From contig JAPDFW010000147.1 in the NCBI GenBank assembly GCA_028826165.1, positions 310,001-374,000 of the forward strand: a DNA stretch of 64,000 bases, given 5' to 3'. Source of the stretch: Anaeramoeba ignava BMAN (Eukaryota; Protista; Anaeramoebae). Position numbers and translations under genes: made by a program. Of the stretch, positions 13,101 to 26,274 are shown one piece after another. The notes under the pieces were generated by a model that was not told the DNA's origin, made no database searches, and saw only the letters and a list, made by a program, of their open reading frames with translations. Each line of letters opens with the position of its first letter. The stretch's first letter is position 1.

Positions 13101-15993
13101 AAGAAAAAAAATACAAACATCATCTTCAGATAAATGTTTAATTGATACTCGGTTTGAATCAATTCTCTCAATTGAAATGAGCTTTCCATTTTCATAAAAG
13201 AAAATACAAGTTGAATTAACAGAAATTGCAAAATGATTCCAATTTGAAAAATCAATATAAAAATCATTTGATTTAAAAATGAATTTTGTTCCATTTTCAA
13301 GAAGAAATGAAACACTAATTTTTGAGGATTCTTGTGATTCGTTTTGTTGCAAAAAAACATCAAATAAAGGATCAACTCCAACAATATAAACATTTTCAAA
13401 ACTAGAATTTTCTGGTTTGATCCAAAATTCTACAGAAAAGGGAACAATTAGTAAATTTTTGGAAGGAAGTTGAGCATAAAATTGAAAAGGTTGATAAATT
13501 TCACAATTATCAAATCCATGACCAGAACTTGAAAAACTTTGTAAAAATAAAGGAAGTAAAAAGGGGAAGGAACAAGGAATGTTTGAGTTATTATTTTCAG
13601 GAGAATAAAACCCAATTTCACTAGGCAAACAGCTATTAGAATCTTTATAAAAATCAGGAAGAATGCAGAGAAAAGGACATTGAGGACCCATAAGTTCTTG
13701 TTGTGTATATATAGCAATTGAATCATTATCTGGCTTGTTTTCACATGAAAACCATCCATTTGTTTTTGCTGGAGAAAATCTTCCTGGTGATACAAGCTCA
13801 CATTCAAATGACAAATAATATCCTTCAATTTCACATGCAAATTCACAATTATCTTCTCCATTTCCATTTGATGTATACACCATTGATTTTGGATATGGAT
13901 AATTTGGTTTTGTTGTGCAATTATATTGATTACAATCTCCTGCTGGTGAATAAAAGCCTGCTTCACAAACTTTTATTCCTTCTGTATCACAATAAACATC
14001 AATTCCACAATAAAAAGATGGGCATTCTTCTTCTTGGATTTGGATTTGGATTTGATTTTGGATTTGATTTTGATTTTGATTTTGATTTTGATTTTCATTT
14101 TGATTTTGATTTTCATTTTCATTTTGATTTTCTCTAAAATTCAAAAAATCTCCATTATGTATACTAATGTTTGTTGTCTTAATTACACATGAATAATCTC
14201 CAAATTTTTCCTCAGTTCTATAAAAATCAAATTCAACATTACAATCCAAATTTAATGAATCATTTAGAAATGATAAATTTAAAGGAGTTTCAAACAAACA
14301 TTCAATATTTTCCATATTGTTTTGATATTGTTGATCACTTTTAATCACAGTTTCATTATTTACTAAAAACTCCAAAAAAATATTTCTATCTAAAAGAAGA
14401 TGACAATAACGAAGACTTGAATTTGTTTCTATTTTCAATTTCCAGCAAGAAATAATAACATTATCAGGCTGAGAAAGATGTTCTGAATTAATCACAAGAA
14501 TCACTTCTTGCATCGAATTTGTTATTGAAGTTGCAAATTGATTAAAATTTTCAATATTCCTTTCCCAATTATAAAGAGTTTCATTTAAACACTCATCTGG
14601 AGGATAATTCAGAAAATCACACTCTTGTTCTGAATTCATTTCTAACATTCCTTGTTGTTGGATTAGAGAATTTAATATTCCTGCCCAAAGAACATAATTT
14701 TCGCACATTTCCAAAAAATCAAGTTCTGTTTGAACTGTTGATAATTTTTGTGAAGAAAATCCAATTAAATTAAATGTACTTAAAATTGTTTCAATATATT
14801 TTGTTTCGAAATGATTGCTAATATTTTCAACAAGATTTGATAATTCAACAAAACTCATATCTTCAATCGAAATTCTATCTGCCATCAAAGAAATTGTTGC
14901 AAATTCTTTCAAAACTGAAAATAATTCAATCAATTCTTGAATAAATTCCAACCGAGTATTATATAAAGAATTTGCAACTGAAAAAGAAACTCCACTTGAA
15001 ATCATATTTTGTTTTAAAATTTCCAACTTTGATTGCAAAAATATTTGAGTTTTTTCTTGGAAATAATCACTTAAATCAACCACAATTTCTTGCCATTTTG
15101 ATTTTACTATTTCTAAATCACTTTGTTTTTGATCAATTTTTTCATAAAGTGTTTCAATTTCTTTTTTTTCACTATTTTGTGATTCATTTCCTACAATCTG
15201 ATCCCAAATAATTTTAGTTTCATTTTTATAAAGCAGTTGAATAAATTGAATATTTTTCAAAATTTCCACTTTCAATCTAATTTGGAAAATTTCTTGGATA
15301 TTTTCTTGAATATTCATTGAAAAATTTGAGAACGGCTTTAAAGATTGATTTAAATAATTCCAACAAGTTTCATTCCCATTCAAAATTGAATTGTTTTCTA
15401 ATTCAAAATTTAGATTTTCAAAATTTAAGATTGAAACCAATTTTCCTTCTTCATCATTTAATCTTGAAAACATTGTAAGAATTGTTTCAAATGTTGAATA
15501 ATTGAAGTTTTCAGCTTCTATTGTTTCACAAATTGTATTATTTTTTTCTTTAAGAAGAATTGGAATTTCTCCATTTATTTGTTCAGAAATTTGTTGAAAT
15601 TTTTCATAATTTTTCACTTTTATTTATTTTAAATTTTTTTTGATTAAAAAAAAATGGAATAAATTTTTATTTTAAATTTCTTTTGAATTTTTTACTTACT
15701 TAAATTAGTTAATATTTCTTGATAATTTGTTAATTCATTTTGATCACCTTTTTTATTTTTATTTTTATTATTTTTATTTTATTTTTCTTTTTAGATTTGA
15801 TTATTTTTATTTTGATTATTTTTATTTTGATTATTATTTTGATTATTTTTATTTTTAGATTTGATTTGATCAAATTGATCATTTTCAAAATTAGATTTTT
15901 CTTTTTATTTTACAACAAACCTTTTAAAATTTGGAAAAAGAATAATAAAAATATTAAAATTTTAAATCTGAAAAAGAAGATGTTGTAATTCAT
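10158..15993 (-). CDS. Large (~1,800 aa) type I membrane surface protein: signal peptide, helical region, Cys-rich repeats, LamG/ConA-like domain, DUF4457/discoidin-like domain, Fn3-associated repeats, one TM, cytosolic CxxC..CxxC; about 5 exons
   Basis: ATG 15993 gives MNYNIFFFRFKILIFLLFFFQILKG|DQNE..NLM|KNYE; ORFs 12900-15617 and 10449-12767 join across a short intron (~12838-12903); last exon 10420-10158. Motifs: CEAGFYSP, FSVEFWIKP..WNHFAISV..FYENG, IRYTTDGS, TM LATLLVILLFSVLNTGVFMF. Confidence 0.75.
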
Positions 15994-16029
15994 TTAAATT
16001 TAAATATTAAAAGAAAAATGAAAAATGGA

Positions 16030-17023
16030 AAAATGAAAAATGAAAAAATGAAAAAATAAAAAATAAAAAAGAAGAGATCAATTAAAGATCTTTTGGAAAA
16101 CTTTTTTTTTGCTTTATTTTTCTTTTATTTAATAATAAAAATAATTAATAAATTTAAACAATAAATTTAATTTAAATATTTTCTCTTTTTTTTTAATTAA
16201 AAATAAATTAAAATATTTATCTTAAAAAAAATATCAATTTTTAATTCAATTTTATTAAATAATTTATTTATATTTTAATTTATTTTCTTAATTTTAAAAC
16301 AATTCTAATTAATTGAAAATTTAATTTAATTAAAATTAATAATAAAAAAAGTGACACTTATTATTTAATTTAATTAAAATGAAAAATAAAAATAAAAATA
16401 AAAAAGAAGAGATCAATTAAAGATCTTTTGGAAAACTTTTTTTTTGCTTTATTTTTCTTTTATTTAATAATAAAAATAATTAATAAATTAAACAATAAAT
16501 TTAATTTAAACATTTTCTCTTTTTAATTAAAAATAAATTAAAATATTTATCTTAAAAAAAAATATCAATTTTAATTCAACTTTTATTAAATAATTTATTT
16601 ATATTTTAATTTATTTTCTTAATTTTAAAACAATTCTAATTAATTGAAAATTTAATTCAATTAAAATTAATAATAAAAAAAGTGACACTTATTATTTAAT
16701 TTAATTAAAATGAAAAAATGAAAAATAAAAATAAAAAAGAAGAGATCAATTAAAGATCTTTTGGAAAACTTTTTTTTTGCTTTATTTTTCTTTTATTTAA
16801 TAATAAAAATAATTAATAATTTAAACATAAATTTAATTTAAATATTTTCTCTTTTTTTTTAATTAAAAATAAATTAAAATATTTATCTTAAAAAAAATAT
16901 CAATTTTCAATTCAATTTTATTAAATAATTTATTTATATTTTAATTTATTTTCTTAATTTTAAAACAATTCTAATTAATTGAAAATTTAATTCAATTAAA
17001 ATTAATAATAAAAAAAGTGACAC
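16030..17023. repeat. Three tandem ~333-bp units in the divergent intergenic region
   Basis: GAAGAGATCA at 16071, 16406, 16739; GTGACAC at 16351, 16682, 17017; units are near-identical. Confidence 0.9.
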
Positions 17024-17362
17024 GTTTCACTAATTCAAAAAAAAATTTTTTTTTTCTTATTAAAAAAATTTAAAAAAAAAAAGGAAAACAAAAAATTCAA
17101 AGAAGGGAAAACAAACAGGGATAATCTTTATTTTAGTTTCTTCTTTCTTTTTATTTTTAAACAAAGATCAAATAAAAAATAAAAAATAAAAAGAAAAAAA
17201 AACCAAATTCTTTTTATTTTTTAAACTAAAAAAAAAAAATTTTTTAATTAAAAAAATTGACAACTCAACAATAAAGAAAAAAAGGATTTTTAAGATTTTT
17301 TTCTTTTAAAAATTTTTTCATTTTTTTTTTTCAATCAATTTTTATTCTCTTTCTTTTTAAAA

Positions 17363-20300
17363 ATGTTTAACAAAATTCGACAAAAGGTTGCCAAATTTAT
17401 TGCAAATCATCCTTATGTTATGGTTTTAGGAGTTCTTGTTTTCTTGATAGTCATAATTGCTATTGATATTGTTAAAACTTTTAAAGTTGATGCAACTGTA
17501 AATTTTATTTCCTTTCTTTTTCTTTTTAAAATTCAAATCATCAAATAATTAAAATAATCAAAATAATTAAAATAATCAAATCATCAAATAATCAAATAAT
17601 CAAAATAATCAAATAATTAAAATAATCAAAATAATTAAAAATAATCAAATCATCAAATAATCAAATAATCAAATAATTAAATAATCAAATAATCAAATAA
17701 TCAAATAATTAAAATAATTAAATAATCAAATAATTAAATAATTAAATAATTAAATAATTAAATAATCAAATAATCAAAATAATTAAAATAATCAAATAAT
17801 CAAATAATTAAATAATCAAATAATTAAATAATTAAAATAATTAAATAATTAAATAATCAAATAATTAAAATAATTAAATAATTAAATAATTAAAATAATC
17901 AAATCATCAAATAATCAAATAATTAAATCATCAAATAATTAAAATAATCAAATAATCAAATAATTAAATAATCAAATAATTAAATAATTAAATAATCAAA
18001 TAATTCAAATAATCAAATAATTAAAATAATCAAAATAATTAAATAATTAAATAATCAAATAATTAAAATAATCAAATAATTAAATAATTAAATAATTAAA
18101 TAATTAAATAATCAAATCATTAAATAATCAAATAATTAAATAATCAAAATAATTAAAATAATTAAATAATTAAATAATCAAATAATCAAAATAATTAAAT
18201 AATCAAATAATCAAATAATTAAATAATTAAATAATTAAAATAATCAAATAATTAAAATAATCAAATAATTAAAATAATTAAAATAATCAAAATAATCAAA
18301 TAATTAAATAATTAAATAATTAAATAATCAAATAATCAAATAATCAAATAATTAAATAATTAAATAATCAAATAATTAAATAATCAAAATAATTAAATAA
18401 TTAAATAATCAAAATAATTAAAATAATAAAATAATTAAATAATTAAATATTAAAATAATCAAAATAATTAAATAATTAAAATAATTAAATAATTAAATAA
18501 TTAAATAATCAAATAATTAAATAATTAAATAATTAAATAATTAAATAATTAAAATAATCAAAATAATTAAAATAATCAAATCATCAAATAATCAAATAAT
18601 CAAAATAATCAAATAATTAAAATAATCAAAATAATTAAAATAATCAAATCATCAAATAATCAAATAATCAAATGTTAAATAATCAAATAATCAAATAATC
18701 AAATAATTAAAATAATTAAAATAATTAAATAATTAAATAATTAAATAATTAAATAATCAAATAATCAAAATAATTAAAAATAATCAAATCATCAAATAAT
18801 TAAATAATTAAATAATTAAAAAATAAATAAAAATAATTAAAATAATTAAAATAATTAAATCAAAATAATCAAAATAATCAAATAATTAAATAATTAAATA
18901 ATCAAATAATCAAAATAATCAAATAATTAAATAATTAAATATTTAAATAATTAAATAATTAAATAATTAAATAATTAAATAATTAAATCAAAATAATCAA
19001 ATAATTAAATAATTAAATATTTAAATAATTAAATAATTAAATAATTAAATAATCAAATAATTAAAATAATCAAATCATCAAATAATCAAAATAATTAAAT
19101 AATCAAATAATCAAATAATTAAAATAATCAAAATAATCAAATCATCAAATAATTAAATAATCAAATAATTAAAATAATCAAATAATTAAATAATTAAATA
19201 ATTAAATAATCAAATAATCAAATCATCAAATAATTAAAATAATTAAATAATCAAATAATCAAATAATCAAATAATTAAATAATTAAATAATTAAATAATT
19301 AAATAATTAAATTAAATAATTAAATAATCAAATAATCAAGTAATTAAATAATTAAAATAATTAAATAATCAAATAATTAAATAATTAAATAATTAAATAA
19401 TTAAATAATTAAATAATTAAATAATTAAATAATTAAATAATTAAATAATCAAATAATCAAATAATTAAATAATTAAATAATTAAATAATTAAATAATCAA
19501 ATCATTAAATAATCAAAATAATTAAAATAATTAAATAATTAAATAATCAAATAATTAAATAATTAAATAATTAAATAATTAAATAATTAAATAATTAAAT
19601 AATCAAAATAATTAAAATAATTAAATAATTAAATAATCAAATAATTAAATAATTAAATAATCAAATAATTAAATAATTAAATAATTAAAATAATTAAATA
19701 ATCAAATAATCAAATAATTAAAATAATCAAATAATTAAAATAATTAAATAATTAAATAATCAAATAATTAAATAATTAAAATAATTAAATAATTAAATAA
19801 TCAAATAATTAAATAATTAAATAATTAAATAATCAAATCATTAAATAATCAAAATAATTAAAATAATTAAATAATTAAATAATCAAATAATTAAATAATT
19901 AAATAATCAAATAATTAAAATAATTAAATAATCAAATAATCAAATAATTAAATAATCAAATAATTAAATAATTAAAATAATTAAATAATCAAAATAATTA
20001 AATAATCAAAATAATCAAATAATCAAAATAATCAAAATAATCAAAATCATCAAATAATTAAATAATCAAATAATTAAATAATTAAATAATTAAATAATTA
20101 AATAATTAAATAATTAAAATAATTAAATAATCAAATAATCAAATAATTAAATAATCAAATAATTAAATAATTAAATAATTAAATAATCAAATAATTAAAA
20201 TAATCAAATAATCAAATAATCAAATAATTAAATAATTAAATAATTAAATAATCAAAATAATCGAATAATTAAATAATTAAATAATTAAATAATTAAATAA

Positions 20301-23300
20301 TTAAAATAATCAAATCCAAAAACAAATAGGATAAAAATTTTGTTGTTAGATCAGGAGATATTGCAAGTAATATTGATGCAACTTATATGTCTTATAAAAC
20401 AACTTTTTTTGATCCAGAAAAAAATTATAATGAACATCAACCTCATCAACAAAACACACAAAATGAATTCAAAATATTATTATTATATGAATGTTCAGGA
20501 TGTGATAATTTATTAACAGAAAAATATTTAAAGAAACTTTATAATTATGAAAAAGAAATTTTTGGAAATTCTAAATATAATCAATATTGTCTTAAAGAAG
20601 AGAATGATACAGAATGCTCTGCTCCTTGGAGTGTTATTACTTATTTTTTCCCTAATGGAACTCTTGTTGATGATATTGAAGCTACTACTCTTGAGATTTT
20701 GAATAATTCGGTTGATTCTGATTTTCTTTGTGATAAAAACTTTAATTCAGGAAATTTAAAATCAAAATATCTTCGATCAACTTATGATTTTGGACTTCCT
20801 TTAGCTGGATATGAAAATAGAAAAGATAGATATGATTCACAAGAAGAAAAGTTTAATGATTGGATTGTTGGAATTGTTCCTGATGCAACAAAAGATCATA
20901 AAACAGATTCATTTCAGATATTTTATTTAGGTATATTTTCATTTAATTAAAATCAAAATCAAAATTAAAATTAAAATCAAAATCAAAATTAAAATTAAAA
21001 TTAAAATCAAAATCAAAATTAAAAATCAAAATCAAATTAAAATTAAAATTAAAATCAAAATCAAAATTAAAATTAAAACTAAAATTAAAACCAAAATTAA
21101 AATCAAATTCAAAATTAAAATCAAATCAAAATCAAATTCAAAATCAAATTCAAAATCAAATTCAAAATTAAAATCAAAAATAAAAATCAAAATCAAAATC
21201 AAAATTAAAAATAAAAAAAAGGTGATGGAGTAACTGATGCTTATGTTAATTATTTAATTTTAAGAGATGGATCATTAATTTTTGCATCAATTATTATGGT
21301 TTTTATTTACACTTGGTTTCATACAAAATCATTATTTTTAGCAGCTATGGGAATATTTCATATTATAATGGCTTTCCCATTAAGTTATTTTGTTTACAGA
21401 GTTATAATTGGAGAGAAATACTTTTCAATGTTAAACTTTTTATCTTTATTTATTGTATTGGGAATTGGGTAATAAATATATTTAAAAATATTAAAAAAAA
21501 ATATTAATAATAATATTATATAATAATCCTTTTTTCATTTTTTAAATAAAGATGTGATGATATTTTTATTATGTTAGATGCTTGGAAACAATCATTAAAT
21601 CAAAGAGGAATAGGAAAAGATAAACAATCAAGACTTGAATGGAGTTATTCAAGAGCAAGTCTTGCAATGTTAATTACAACAACAACATCTGCTTTCGCAT
21701 TTTTTGGAAATTTATTTTCTTCAATTCCTGCAATCAAATTTTTTGGAATTTTTACAGGATTTGCGATTGTTTTTAATTATTTACTTGTTATTACTTGGTT
21801 TCCAGCAATAAGTAAAATAATTAAAATCAAAAATCAAAATTCAAAAATCAAAATTCAAAAATCAAAATCAAAATTAAAAAAAAATAGTTATAATTTGGTA
21901 TAAATTTGGAGAAGGTCAATGTTGTTGTAAAACCAAAAAAAAAAAAGCAAAAATCCAAAAAGAAAGAGAAGAAAGAATTGCAAGAGGAGAAATTGAATTA
22001 GAAGAATTTCAAACAAAAGTTTCAACTCAAAAATCAAAAGATGAAAAATTAAGAAAATTAGAAGAATCTAAAAAATCAAATAATCCAAAAAATTCCAAAG
22101 AAATTAAAAAAGAATTAGAATCAGATTATGATTATCCAATAGAAGATTTAGAAAAAAATCGAAAAAAGAAAAAGAAAGATAAAAACGAAGAAAAAGATTC
22201 AATTTCAGAAAGTGAATCATATGAAAATGATAATAATGGAAAAGCAATAGAAGAAGCAAATTTAGAAGAAAAACATGTTGAAATCAAAATTGATACTGAA
22301 TCACCAGAAAAAAAAGTATTAGATAAAGATACATTAGATATTGAAAAATTTAGATTTTTAGAAAGATTCTTTTTTATAAAAAATATGCACCTTTTATCAA
22401 CAAAGCGAAAGTTTATTTAATAATTATCTTCCTAATATTATTTGTAATTTTTCAATTCAAAAAAATAAATTCAAAAAATATTTAATAATAATAATAATAA
22501 TGATAAAAATTATTATAATTATTATTATTATAATAAGGGATTGGGAATTTATGGAACAACAAAATTAGAACCAGCAACAGATCCAGCTCAATTTTTAAAA
22601 GATGATGATCCACTTCAAAGAGCAGCGAACATTCAAGAAGAAGATTTTCCAACAGCAAGTGTTTCAACTTCTTTCCAAATTGTTTGGGGAATTGATTCAA
22701 TAGATAGAGAAGGTGTAGATCCAATGGAGATTGAAGATTTAGGAAAAGTAATTTATGATACAACATGGGATCCAACAACACCAACAGCACAACTTTATGT
22801 TATTGATGTTTGTCAACAGTTTAGAGCATTGCCTGATGTTAAAGATGGGAAAATTTTTTGTTTTATGGAAGATTTTAGAGATTTTATTGAAGATTTAAGT
22901 CCAGGAGTTTATTCAGGATTTCCAGTTAATAGTTCAGTTTTTTATTCAGCATTACTTAATTTTACAAGAACAAAAGGAGATGACTCTAGTAAAATATTTA
23001 TAATTCAAAATTAATTTCAATATCAATATCGATATCAATATCGATATCAATATCAATATCAATATCAATATCAATATAAATATCAATATCAATATCAATA
23101 TCAATATCAATATCAATATCAATATAAATATAAATATCAATATAAATATCAATATCAATATAAATATAAATATCAATATAAATATAAATATAAATATAAA
23201 TATAAATATAAATATAAATATCAATATCAATATCAATATCAATATAAATATAAATATAAATATAAATATAAATATAAATATCAATATAAATATAAATATA

Positions 23301-24724
23301 AATATTATAAATATAAATATAAATATAAATATAAATATAAATATCAATATAAATATCAATATAAATATAAATATAAATATCAATATAAATATCAATATCA
23401 ATATAAATTCAATATCAATATCAATATCAATATCAATATCAAAATCAATATCAATATCAATATCAATATCAAAATCAATATCAATATCAATATCAATATA
23501 AAATTCAAATTAATATTTAAATTAAAAATAGTTGAAACTGATTTGTTTGAGCTTCAATCCTTTTATGAAGCTTCAATTAGATTTGATCAAGATACATCAG
23601 AACTTAGATATTTTGGAATAATTGCAAATTCAACCCTTTATTTATCTTCACCAGCAAGTGATATTCGACCAGTTTATGATAACATCAAAGCTTTTATGGA
23701 TAAAATAAATAGTGAAGCACCAAATGGAATGAATAAAGGTTTTACAACAAGTGATTTATGGTTGGATATGAAAACTGAAGAGATTTTGGTTTCTGTTGCA
23801 CTTTTTAACATTTATATTTCACTTTCAATTGCATTTGTTGTTATTGTTCTTTCAACTGGAAATGTTTTAACAAGTTTCTTTGCTATTTTCTCTATTGCTG
23901 GAATTGTTTTAACAATTATTGGGTTTATGGTTGCGATTGGATGGCAACTTGGAATTATTGAATCAGTTTCATTAACTATTATTGTTGGGATTAGTGTTGG
24001 TAAATGATTTGAATTTAATTTAATTTAATTTGAATTTATTTTAATTTTGATTTAATTTAATTTTGATTTAATTTTAATTTAATTTGATTTAATTTAATTT
24101 GATTTGATTTAATTTGAATTTAATTTTGATTTTGATTTTAATTTAATTTAATTGAATTTGATTTAATTTGATTTAATTTGAATTTAATTGATTTTAATTT
24201 GAATTTGAATTTAATTTTGATTTGAATTTGAAAATAAAATAGATTATGTTGTTCATTTTGGACATGCTTATACAGTTTCTCAAGCTTCAACAAGATTTTT
24301 TAGACTTAGATTTGCAATTACAGATTTAGGAATTAGTGTTTTTTCAGCAGCAATAACTACTTTATTATCAGCTTTAATGTTATTTTTCACTCAAATTCTC
24401 TTCTTTAGAAATTTTGGAATATTTTTATGGATTGTTATATTTTTAAGTATGATTTGGTCTTTTGTTTTCTTCTTTTCAACACTAGCTTGGAAAGGTCCAG
24501 TTACTCCTAAAACAGATCTTAAATATATTCTTTCAAAGATTTTTGGTTGTTGTCGAAGAAATAAAAAGAAAAAAGAAAATGAAAATGAAAATGAAAACAA
24601 TGAAGAAACACAAAAAGATCAAGAAGATCCAAAAGATCCAAATTGGGAAATTCCTCAACAAGATCAACAAGAAATTAGAATTGAAGATCGAACAGATGAT
24701 GAAGATCATCACGATGAAATTTAA
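17363..24724 (+). CDS. Dispatched/Patched-family RND (sterol-sensing domain) protein, copy 1; multi-exon
   Basis: Spliced GIG|[38 protein letters not shown]|[10 protein letters not shown]; two extracellular loops. One extra T in a homopolymer near 22371-22375 relative to copy 2. Confidence 0.88.
17498..20329. repeat. Intron 1 of Dispatched-like copy 1, filled with (AAATAATT/AAATAATC)n, 2,832 nt
   Basis: GT at 17498 and AG at 20328-20329, with 8/9-mer tandem repeat between them. Confidence 0.9.
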
Positions 24725-25023
24725 ATAACTTATTCTTATTTGAGTTTTTTCCTTGATCAAAAACAAAAAAAAGCAAAAAATTTTTCATTCCACTTTTTTT
24801 TTTTTTTTTAATAATCCAAAATTTTTTTTTCTTTTTAAATTTTGATTTTAATTTTTGAAAAAAAAAAAATAAATTAAATAATAAAATGAAAATTAAAAAA
24901 ATCCGTTAAAAAAAAATTAATTTTTTATTTTTTCATTTTTCATTTTTTTTTATTAATTTTTTTAATAAGATTTAAATCAAAAATAAAAAGAAAAATAATT
25001 TAAATCAAAATATAATTTGAAAA

Positions 25024-25973
25024 ATGGAATCAATTTTTGTAGAATGTAGCTCTTTAAATAATTTTTCAAAATCACCAGGATGGACAAAAGAAGAAACTGA
25101 AGTTTTGAGATTATCGATTATGAAATATGGACTTGGGAATTGGAAAGAAATTTTAAGTAGAAATTTAATTCCAGGAAAAACTAGAACTCAATTAACTCAT
25201 CATGTAATGAGAATGATGGGTCAACAATCTACTGCTTTTTTTAAAGGAATTCATTTTGATACAAATCAAATTTTGAAAATTAATCAAAATGATTCAATTT
25301 CAAAAAGAAAAGGAGGAATAATTATTAAAAAAGGTATTTTTCTGAATTGTATTTATTTAGATTTGAGTTTAAATTTAAATTAAAATTTAATAGAGAAAAG
25401 TTACACAAAACAAGAAATTGAAACAAAAAGAAAAAAGAATGAAAAAAAGTAAAATCAAAATCAAAATCAAAAAAATAATCAAAATCAATATAAATATAAA
25501 TATAAATATAAATATAAATATAAATATAAATATAAATATAAATATAAATATAAATATAAATATAAATATAAAAATCAAAATTAAAATCAAAATCAAAATC
25601 AAAATCAAAATAAATATCAAATTCAAATTCGAAATCAAAATCAAAATAAATATCAATATAAATATCGAAATTAAAACAAAAAAGATATGGCATTTCTTCT
25701 GAAGAAATTGATAAAATATCAATTCCAATTCTTCCAGGTTCAGGAACAATAAAAATGTGGAAAATTCGTAAAAAAAAATTGGAAGAAAGAATAAATTTAC
25801 TTGAAAAATTAATCAATGAAAAAAAAGAAAATCAAATTCAAATTGAAAAAAAAAAACCGAAAAAAAATCAAAATAGAAAAAAAAATATCAAAAAGAAAAG
25901 AAATCAAAAAAAAAATCTTAATCCAAAAAATGAAAAAATCAAAAGATCAAAAAAAATTGAAAAAAAAAAATAA
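25024..25973 (+). CDS. AMTP1: MTA1c/AMT1 6mA methyltransferase complex subunit p1-like HTH (Myb-like) protein; exons 25024-25333, 25394-25448, 25685-25973
   Basis: NFSKSPGWTKEETEVLRLSIMKYGLGNWKEI..LIPGKT..QL..RMMGQQS..FKGIHFD..RKGGII..NEKKYGISSEEIDKISIP is colinear with ciliate p1 as I recall it (SPGW, FGIGKW, LPGK, QRLLGQQS, YGLS). Confidence 0.8.
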
Positions 25974-26274
25974 TTTTAAATAAATAAAAATAAATTAACA
26001 ATAAAATAAACAATTTATTTTATATTTTTTGTTTAATTCCTCTTTTTATTTTAATTGATCAGAAAAAGATCAAAAAAAATAAAAGAAAAAAAAAGAGAAA
26101 ATAAAAGAAAAAAAAGAGAAAAAATTAAAAGAAAAAAAAAAATCAATGACGTTTTAATTTAAAATTAAAAAAAATTTTTTTAAAACAAAAAGGGAAGAAA
26201 AAAAGGAAAAATTAAAAAAAAAAACAAATCATTTTTTTTCTTTTCAAAATTCTTCTTAACATTATTTTCATAAA

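Noticed and set aside
22368-22385. Programmed frameshift in Dispatched copy 1
   Set aside because: It is a single extra T in a homopolymer relative to in-frame copy 2, typical of a sequencing indel.
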